Assembly: GCA_046483495.1 (NCBI GenBank)
Contig: JAWODC010000048.1
Span: forward strand, 1 to 62,649
Reading direction: 5' to 3'
DNA length: 62,649 nucleotides
DNA from: Desulfobacterales bacterium
Lineage (GTDB): Bacteria; Desulfobacterota; Desulfobacteria; Desulfobacterales; UBA5616
In this document: positions 9,467 through 18,313 of the stretch, piece after piece
Layout of the letters: each line of letters begins with the position of its first letter
Position numbering within the stretch: the stretch's first letter is position 1
Position numbers and translations under genes: made by a program
The notes under the pieces: generated by a model
Database searches by the model: none
Seen by the model: the letters and a program-made list of their open reading frames with translations, nothing else
What the model was told of the DNA's origin: nothing

Positions 9467-9703
9467 TCAGCCTCCTGCAAGGCCCGAAAAAAAGCTGATC
9501 ACGTCTCCGTCATTTAATGTTTGCTTCAAACCGGCCTTTTTGTAGTTTACCGCTGCAAAGAGAATTTTCCGAAACGGCAACGGTATGCGAAGCATTTTGT
9601 AGACATCGTTTAGAACGGACTTATCCGGCAAGGTCATATAACCGCCCTCATCGATATGCCGGAAACTGCAAAACGGCGGTGCATAGACTTTAACCTTGAT
9701 CAT
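9467..9703 (-). CDS. MoaD/ThiS-family sulfur carrier
   Basis: 78 aa ubiquitin-like protein ending LNDGDVISFFSGLAGG, adjacent to aor. Confidence 0.88.
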   Translation of the reverse strand: MIKVKVYAPPFCSFRHIDEGGYMTLPDKSVLNDVYKMLRIPLPFRKILFAAVNYKKAGLKQTLNDGDVISFFSGLAGG

Positions 9704-9807
9704 GACGGATGATTTCAAATTTTATCGGATACATGTTTCTAACAGTAAACGGGACAAAAAACAACCCCCACGGTTTTGAAGTGGGGGAAAGGGCTGTTTG
9801 GGTTTTA

Positions 9808-10728
9808 TCATGTTCGGTTGCGGCTTACGGTTTTTTTGCGAAGAATGCGTTGCAGATGATCGGCAAGCCGGTCGGCAAACACGTGTTTGGCCCATCTTTC
9901 CCTCAGCCCCTGGACAAGTACGTCCAGGCAGGCCTTTACTTCGTCGTTGGGCCCCGGCAAGGCAATAATCAGCGTTTCGTTGCATTCGCCGGCGGCTATT
10001 CGAATACCGTCCTTGACATGCCGGCCGGTGCCGATCTTTACGTGATAGAGATAGGGCGCGGCGGCTGTCGGGTCCACAGCCGTTACCGCCTCCACCATGT
10101 GGTCCTTATCCTCCGCACCCACGCCCCCGGTGGTGATAATGAGGCGAAATCCTCCCCACAGGGCTTCTTCCCTGAGTTTTCCGGCGATTTTATAACGGTC
10201 GTCCTCCAGGGTCGGCCCGCAAGTTACCCGATAACCCTCGGCCGTCAGGCGCCGGGAAATCGTCGGGGTGTTTGTGTCTTTTATCTGCTTTTCGGCCACT
10301 TCAGAGCCCGAAGAAAGCACCAATACCCTTTTGGACAGGGCTGCCATGATGTTTTCGGCCATATCTTCGGAGATCGAAATCGCTTCTTGTGCCGCCTTCT
10401 CATCCAGCGATATCCATCCCAGCATCCCTTTGGATCGAAAAGACGCATCAGGGAGTACTTCCACTCCGGGCAGTCGGTTCAATGCGCTTTTCAGGCGATT
10501 TTCCGCACCTGCGATATTTCGAGCGTCGATGCAGGTGTTCAAGACGTCCAGTGTCAGCGCCTCGGCCCGATAATCCACCACCACAACATCGCTGTCGTTA
10601 AGCCCGATCAGGCGTGCCGTGCAGGCGGCGATACGGGTGAGGTCGGCATTTCTCAAGCGTACGCCATCAATTCTCAACTCGGTTTTTCGCAGCACGCCAT
10701 AGCCCCGCGAATTCGGATTTGCTTTCAT
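9808..10728 (-). CDS. Molybdopterin-binding (MogA/MoeA/CinA-N-like) domain protein with an uncharacterised N-terminal domain
   Basis: VLVLSSGSEV...IKDTN, IITTGGVGAEDKD, IIALPGP. Confidence 0.8.
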   Translation of the reverse strand: MKANPNSRGYGVLRKTELRIDGVRLRNADLTRIAACTARLIGLNDSDVVVVDYRAEALTLDVLNTCIDARNIAGAENRLKSALNRLPGVEVLPDASFRSKGMLGWISLDEKAAQEAISISEDMAENIMAALSKRVLVLSSGSEVAEKQIKDTNTPTISRRLTAEGYRVTCGPTLEDDRYKIAGKLREEALWGGFRLIITTGGVGAEDKDHMVEAVTAVDPTAAAPYLYHVKIGTGRHVKDGIRIAAGECNETLIIALPGPNDEVKACLDVLVQGLRERWAKHVFADRLADHLQRILRKKTVSRNRT

Positions 10729-10731
10729 TTT

Positions 10732-12144
10732 TCAGGCCCATCCCCGCTGCGTAAGCCACAGCGGCAGGTAGTGGCGCTCCACCTTTTCAGCGACCAGAGC
10801 CGCTTTTTCCGCCAGCAATTCCGCCAGGCTCCGGCTTACCGTGAAATGCCCGAAGCTTCCGTCGAAAACGATTGCCTTGTCGGTGCCGGTAATCTTGCGG
10901 GCAAAATCCATGGCGGTCAGCAGGGTATCGGCAATGACCGCGTGATCCATGAAATGCGGATTGGTGGAATCCCTGCACAACAAGTCGGCCTGGTCCCTCC
11001 CGACCACGATGGTGGGCACATGTTTTGGAATATCGCTGATGGGAAGCCCGGGCCATGCCTGATTGACCACTACCGCCTTGATGGCCGGGTTGATGTTCAT
11101 AATCGCGTCGAGAGCTTTTATTTCACCGCTAAAGTACTTCTCGAGGGTGTCGTGGAACCCCATGGCGGATGGGATTTCCAAATCAAAGGCGTCATAGGCG
11201 GCATTTTCAAGGCACCCGAAAGCGATGCCGCCGGCGTGGATGTAATACCCCCACCGCCCGGCGTCCCAGACGGCGATGCACTCATCGATTTCTCCCATCA
11301 GGCGGAGAACTTTACCGTAATGTTTGAGAAGGTCTTTCGTGATCCGCCGGTTCAACCGGTAAAGATCGTTGTCTGCATCCACTCCAATAATGCCGTTCGG
11401 CGTACTTCTTAAAATACAGGCAAAGGCAAATCTGTCCTGTACGAACGGTGCATCGAAGATGGCTTTCTGAAGAAAATTGGCGCTTCTATTTGAAAAATTG
11501 CCGTGGAAAACCGCCCGTGTCTCGTATCTCGCGTAGTTCATGGCAAACGCTTTTAAGCACCGGTTCATCATCCGGTGAAAATACAAATCCCTGGGCTCGT
11601 CATGCGGTGCATGAATGATCCAGTCGGCATCATAGACCTTTTTCAGGCCATAAAGCGTTCCAATTTCCGTTTCGATCGAAACCGCCGTGTCAAACGGGTG
11701 GGTCGTTTTGATGGGGCAATTGAAATAGCGCTTCAGGTCGAACCAGTCGATCACTTCATCCGTTTCCTTGATGCCCATGCCGGATGCCATGACATAAAGG
11801 ATATTGCGGCAATTCGTACGGTCGAAAACCGCATCACCCAGGGCTTTCAGCATTTCCCGGTAGTGCAGGCCTTCCAAGATGTAAAATCCATGCTCCGAAC
11901 ACAGGATATTGACCGTATCATTGGGCTTTATCATGCGCATATCTACATCGGCCAATGCGTTTTTCGCCGCCTGGTGAATGCGGTCGACACCGACACCTTG
12001 GGTGAACCCCTTCGGCATTTCGGGGAAAAGACCGGATACGGGCAGCGACACCATCTCCGGCATTTGGGCGGGACGAATGCGCCGTGGTTCGGGGCCGTAA
12101 ATCGACGGCATAACGGCAGGCGGTGAAACGGCCGATTTCGGCAT
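10732..12144 (-). CDS. Uncharacterised protein, possibly LarA/DUF362-like fold
   Basis: 470 aa, tightly packed in the operon. IKPNDTVNILCSEHG...KKVYDADWIIH...LKAFAM resembles the LarA N-terminal-domain pattern (remote similarity, judged by eye). Confidence 0.5.
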   Translation of the reverse strand: MPKSAVSPPAVMPSIYGPEPRRIRPAQMPEMVSLPVSGLFPEMPKGFTQGVGVDRIHQAAKNALADVDMRMIKPNDTVNILCSEHGFYILEGLHYREMLKALGDAVFDRTNCRNILYVMASGMGIKETDEVIDWFDLKRYFNCPIKTTHPFDTAVSIETEIGTLYGLKKVYDADWIIHAPHDEPRDLYFHRMMNRCLKAFAMNYARYETRAVFHGNFSNRSANFLQKAIFDAPFVQDRFAFACILRSTPNGIIGVDADNDLYRLNRRITKDLLKHYGKVLRLMGEIDECIAVWDAGRWGYYIHAGGIAFGCLENAAYDAFDLEIPSAMGFHDTLEKYFSGEIKALDAIMNINPAIKAVVVNQAWPGLPISDIPKHVPTIVVGRDQADLLCRDSTNPHFMDHAVIADTLLTAMDFARKITGTDKAIVFDGSFGHFTVSRSLAELLAEKAALVAEKVERHYLPLWLTQRGWA

Positions 12145-12159
12145 GGTGACCTCCTTTTG

Positions 12160-12714
12160 CTAGACGCTTCCTCTAAAATGGTATTCCGGGTATTTGTTAA
12201 CGATATTTTCCGGAATATCCGCCGGCGACAAGGGGAGTTGATGCCATCGTCGATCATCGGGTATGTCGATGCCGGCCGCCCGAAAGAGCTTGAAAATAAC
12301 ACCCATGCAGTAAATGCCGCAGCCCGATCCGGCTCCCGTCATGGTCACGATATCTTCGGGTGACGCCGCACCGCTGATGATGGCCGCTGCAATTTCTCCG
12401 GCCGATGTGCCGGTGCAGGCGCAGACAAGTATTTCCGGCATCAGGGCGGCCGCCGTGCAGAGGCGTTGGATTTTTTCAGCGTCCACATCGCGGGTGTCGA
12501 TACCGATGGTCATCGGGGTGTCCCGTCGGACGAGTCGGACGGCATCTTCTTTACAGGTGTCGACGCATTTTCCACAGGCTACGCACCGGTTTATACTTAC
12601 GTCAGCCTTTTTCTTTACAACCCTTATGGCGCCCGCGGGGCATAATGCCTCGCAGCGCTTGTCGCCGGTGCATTTTTCACTGTCTACGACAGCCTTGTAC
12701 TTGACGACTTTCAT
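12160..12714 (-). CDS. Ferredoxin: 2x[4Fe-4S] domain plus BFD-like [2Fe-2S] domain
   Basis: CTGDKRCEALCP and CVACGKCVDTC, then VCACTG...GAGSGCGIYC. Confidence 0.85.
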   Translation of the reverse strand: MKVVKYKAVVDSEKCTGDKRCEALCPAGAIRVVKKKADVSINRCVACGKCVDTCKEDAVRLVRRDTPMTIGIDTRDVDAEKIQRLCTAAALMPEILVCACTGTSAGEIAAAIISGAASPEDIVTMTGAGSGCGIYCMGVIFKLFRAAGIDIPDDRRWHQLPLSPADIPENIVNKYPEYHFRGSV

Positions 12715-12760
12715 CTTCGGCTCCTTTTTTCACGAACACGGATGCTTCGGTATTGCCCGT

Positions 12761-13567
12761 TTAGATGACATCCATTCTGGCATCCAGAAGCGGCGCATCG
12801 ATTATTTCCCTGCCGATTCCCAATATATTCACATCCAATGTTTTCAGAAAAGGGATGTCGGACAGCCTGACATTGCCGCCGAAGGCGATTTCGACCTGCC
12901 CACGCACCCCTTTTTCTTTCAAAGCCGCGGATACCGACATAATATCCTTGGGGTTGCCGGAGTCAATGTAAATGATGTCGGCATACAGGCGGGCGGCGGC
13001 CACCGCCTCCGCAGCAATGTCATGCTGCATTCCCTTGACCTGAATGGCAAGGATGTGATCCGAAAAAAACCGTCGAACCTCTGCCAGACTTTTTTGGACA
13101 CCCCCCAGCATCTTGACATAATTTTTGTCCAGGTAAACAAAAGGCTTCGAACTGATGCGGTAATGCGCCCCTCCCACAACAAGGGCTCTTCTGATCATTT
13201 CTTTCATTTCGAGTGGCATTTTTTTCCAGGAGCCGCAAATGATTTTGATATCGTCTCCAGCCGCTTTGACGCACTTGTGGGCGAGGGTTGCGATTCCCGA
13301 AGGCTTGGCTATGCATCCGATCAGCACGTCTTCGGCCATGGCGATCTGTACCGGGCTGCCTGCAAACCGTGCGATTTCATCGCCCGCAGAAACGGCTTCG
13401 CCCTCCGGTGCCATACGTGCCACACGCAACCCCAATTCAGACGCTTTTTTGAGCGCAGTTGAGGTTCCGGCCAAAAGGCCGGTGCCGTCCGCACGAATGG
13501 CCGCCGTAACCGATGTGCCGCGGATCGTTTTAAAGATATCGTTGCGCATGTCTTTCATCGCACTCAC
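12761..13567 (-). CDS. Divergent quinolinate-phosphoribosyltransferase (NadC/ModD)-like protein
   Basis: EGEAVSAGDEIARFAG..AEDVLIG..SGIAT, ADIIYIDSG, IAFGGNV; the canonical TRKT is replaced by SWKK. Confidence 0.75.
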   Translation of the reverse strand: MSAMKDMRNDIFKTIRGTSVTAAIRADGTGLLAGTSTALKKASELGLRVARMAPEGEAVSAGDEIARFAGSPVQIAMAEDVLIGCIAKPSGIATLAHKCVKAAGDDIKIICGSWKKMPLEMKEMIRRALVVGGAHYRISSKPFVYLDKNYVKMLGGVQKSLAEVRRFFSDHILAIQVKGMQHDIAAEAVAAARLYADIIYIDSGNPKDIMSVSAALKEKGVRGQVEIAFGGNVRLSDIPFLKTLDVNILGIGREIIDAPLLDARMDVI

Positions 13568-13735
13568 GAAAGCCCCTCATGAGAGTCGCAACCGGCACTC
13601 GCCGAACACGAAAAACGCCGGTGGGCCCGGGAATAGGACTGATTTACCGTTGGCATGTTCCACCCGTAGGACCAGTTCCGTCCGAAATAGGAGCTGATCA
13701 GCCGTTTTCGGATGGGTGCTGTCTCTATTCTTTCA

Positions 13736-14140
13736 TCAAGCCCGTGTCTTGTTCTCAACGAGCTTTTGAATGGACGCCACGACTTCGTCTTTCACCGATC
13801 CCGACCCGAAAACGGCAGCGACGCCCATTTTTTTCAATTCGGCCTCGTCTTTGGGGGTGATCACCGATCCCCCGACAATAACCGGAATACCGGCATCATG
13901 CCGGTTGATCGACTCCAACAGCTCGGGTATAAAATAAAGGTATTCCCAGGAATGGCAGGAGACGCCGATCACGTCGACGCCTTCCTCGATTCCCGCAGTC
14001 ACCATCTTTTTGGGTGTATTGAACCGCCCCGTGTATACAACCTCCATGCCGGCTTCCATCAGCATTCGCGATACGGTTATGGCGCCTACTTCGTGCTGAT
14101 CCATGCCCATGGTTCCGATCAGTATTCGTATTTTTTTCAT
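13736..14140 (-). CDS. Cobalamin-binding small subunit of an acyl-CoA mutase
   Basis: DQHEVG (DxHxxG), DVIGVSCHS, VIVGG. Confidence 0.92.
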   Translation of the reverse strand: MKKIRILIGTMGMDQHEVGAITVSRMLMEAGMEVVYTGRFNTPKKMVTAGIEEGVDVIGVSCHSWEYLYFIPELLESINRHDAGIPVIVGGSVITPKDEAELKKMGVAAVFGSGSVKDEVVASIQKLVENKTRA

Positions 14141-14273
14141 GATTTCAATCCCTTCGGTTCACTGGAGATGGTCATTTTCCGCCGTCGCCTTTCGGCCGAT
14201 TCGGCGTTTTGGACAGCCGAAGTTGTGTTTAAAAAGTCCTTGCTTTAAGTCCGGTTACCCCGTTTGGACGACA

Positions 14274-15872
14274 CTATATCATGGGCTCAACCAGTCCGTG
14301 CGGATCATAGGGAAAATCGTAGGCCATCCGCATAACACCGGCAATTTCCCCTGATGTGGCGCCCGCCTTAAGCGCGTCCATGATGATCCAGGTCAGGTTC
14401 TCTTTCCGGTTCTTTGTTTTTTCGTGGCATTTTTTCAGGACCCCTCTGACGCGATCGAGATCACGATCCTTCTTATACGCGGTGATGACGTCGATATGAT
14501 CCCGATAAGGCTCGATTTTGCCTTCGGACACATCTCGTAAAAGCGTGTCTTCTTCCTCCGGGATCTGAAAGCAGTTCAGCCCCACCTTGGGCAGGCGGCC
14601 TTCGTCCACCTCTTTGCCGTAACGGTTCATGGCATTATCGAAGAAATGCTTGAACCAGCCCTTTTCGGACAACTCCACGGGGGTCCCTTTGGATTCGATA
14701 TCGCAAACCATGTCCCATATTCGTTTTTCCATTTCATTGGTCAGCGATTCCACGTAATAGGATCCGGCCAGGGGGTCCACGACTTTTGTCACGTTGGTTT
14801 CAAGCCCGATGATCTGCTGGGTCCGCAATCCCACCATATGGCTTTCGGGAGTGGGGGTTCGAAAGGCTTCATCGAATGCGGAGATCTCAACGGCCTGTAC
14901 GCCGCCCAACACCAGGGACAATGCCTGGAGCGTTCCCCGAACGATGTTGTTGGCCGGCTGCTGTGGGGTCAGGGACAGGCCCGAGGTATGACTGGTAATG
15001 ACCGGTGCCAGTGAACGCCTGTCTTTGGCTCCGAAATCCTCTTTCATCATACGGGAGAAGAGACGCCGGGTCGCCCGGATTTTGGCGATCTCTTCGAAGA
15101 AATCCATGCCGCAGTCGACCAGGATAGCGATTCTCGGAGCGAAACTGTCGATATTCATGCCGCGTTCAAGCAAATCCCGAATGAGGTACCGGATTTCGAT
15201 AAAACCCAGGGCGATTTCTTCCACCGCCGTCAAACCGGCTTCACAGGGGAAATAGGTGTCCTCCACAAAGGAGTGAAATTTCGGCATGGTTTGGGTGCAG
15301 AATTCAATGCAGTCCGAAGACAGGCGAACCCGCAAATCCACGGGCATATGGGTGGCGTATCCGCAGGGTTCACCGTAGAACGGTCCCTGAATCACCGATC
15401 CTCTGAGGTTCTCCGGTGCAAACCCGTTTTTTTGAGCCACCAGAAAAAGTGCCGCGGCTGTAAATATAGCCGGTGTTGAATTGGAAACGGTAATCGTGTC
15501 CAACGGCAGGCCGTCCCACAGATCCTCGAAATCCTGAAGCCGGCAAAGCGATACCCCCTGAGTGCCGACCGCATGGACCGCAAGAGGATGATCCGGGTCC
15601 AACAGGGCATTGGACGGAGCATCGGCGATGACGTCAATTCCGGTCTGGCCCTGGGAAAGCAGGTACTTTAGCTGTTTGTTGGAATTTTTGGCATCTCCCT
15701 CTCCGGACAGCTCACGCTGTATCCAACCCCAGAAGCCGACGGGCCGTATTCCTCGAGTATACGGGTATGATCCGGGCTCCCCAAGCTGATTTTGGTAATC
15801 CAAATTTTTAATATCTTCCGGTGCATATACCGGCTTGATCGGAATCCCTGATCGCGTGAAATGCTCAGTCAT
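14274..15872 (-). CDS. Acyl-CoA mutase large subunit (methylmalonyl-CoA mutase family, divergent active site)
   Basis: TRSGIPIKPVY, GEPGSYPYTRG, FFEEIAKIRATRR, HTSGLSLT.QQP.NNIVR, DPLAGSYYVESLT; AAGGAGG RBS. Confidence 0.9.
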   Translation of the reverse strand: MTEHFTRSGIPIKPVYAPEDIKNLDYQNQLGEPGSYPYTRGIRPVGFWGWIQRELSGEGDAKNSNKQLKYLLSQGQTGIDVIADAPSNALLDPDHPLAVHAVGTQGVSLCRLQDFEDLWDGLPLDTITVSNSTPAIFTAAALFLVAQKNGFAPENLRGSVIQGPFYGEPCGYATHMPVDLRVRLSSDCIEFCTQTMPKFHSFVEDTYFPCEAGLTAVEEIALGFIEIRYLIRDLLERGMNIDSFAPRIAILVDCGMDFFEEIAKIRATRRLFSRMMKEDFGAKDRRSLAPVITSHTSGLSLTPQQPANNIVRGTLQALSLVLGGVQAVEISAFDEAFRTPTPESHMVGLRTQQIIGLETNVTKVVDPLAGSYYVESLTNEMEKRIWDMVCDIESKGTPVELSEKGWFKHFFDNAMNRYGKEVDEGRLPKVGLNCFQIPEEEDTLLRDVSEGKIEPYRDHIDVITAYKKDRDLDRVRGVLKKCHEKTKNRKENLTWIIMDALKAGATSGEIAGVMRMAYDFPYDPHGLVEPMI

Positions 15873-16090
15873 CACTTTCCTCCTTATTCGGTTTTCCCGC
15901 GGGCGGTGCTACCATCGCAGGTGTGTTTTTGAATGGATCGCGAAAATCCCCGTGAAGCTGTGTCGGATTTGCAGGGCGGGCAAATACGCAAGCCTTATGT
16001 TATTTAAACAAAACCAAAGCCGGTTTCAAGAGCACGATAAACATTTCGTGAAATAATTCCTGTTGGTTTTTCACCATGCTGTGCAAAGAT

Positions 16091-16109
16091 TGAACAGATT
16101 GGTTGTTCA
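16091..16109. promoter_or_regulatory. Candidate enhancer (UAS) for a sigma54 activator
   Basis: Inverted repeat TGAACA-N7-TGTTCA ~90 bp upstream of the -24/-12 element. Confidence 0.4.
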
Positions 16110-16196
16110 TTCTTCGTGTTGCTCGAAAGTTTTCATCCAATTCTTTTGCATAAAATCCGAATAGTTAAGCTGATTTGTCCCGTTTTTTTGCTGTTC

Positions 16197-16212
16197 TGGT
16201 ATGCACATTGCT
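16197..16212 (+). promoter_or_regulatory. sigma54 (-24/-12) promoter
   Basis: TGGTAT-N5-TTGCT with exact GG-N10-GC spacing; an NtrC-family gene lies downstream. Confidence 0.7.
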
Positions 16213-16275
16213 ATCTACGAAATCGTGTGTGAGGCGATTGATTTATTCTTAACATAACACGAAAGGGCGAACATC

Positions 16276-18221
<1,946 letters not shown>

Positions 18222-18240
18222 GCGCTGCAGAAATACCTGG

Positions 18241-18285
18241 AAAGGATGATTTGTCGGATGGCCCCCTTCAAATCATCCTTTTTTA
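18241..18285 (+). terminator. Intrinsic terminator after gdhA
   Basis: 13-bp stem AAAGGATGATTTG ... CAAATCATCCTTT followed by a T-run. Confidence 0.75.
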
Positions 18286-18313
18286 TCGGTTCAGACGCAC
18301 GGAACAACAATCC

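Noticed and set aside
9709..11412. 567-aa plus-strand ORF
   Set aside because: Antisense shadow of two minus-strand genes; no recognisable motifs
12314..13462. 382-aa plus-strand ORF
   Set aside because: Antisense to the NadC-like and ferredoxin genes
15985..16005. sigma54-like element upstream of the mutase operon (TAACAT-N5-TTGCG, minus strand)
   Set aside because: Lacks the invariant -24 GG
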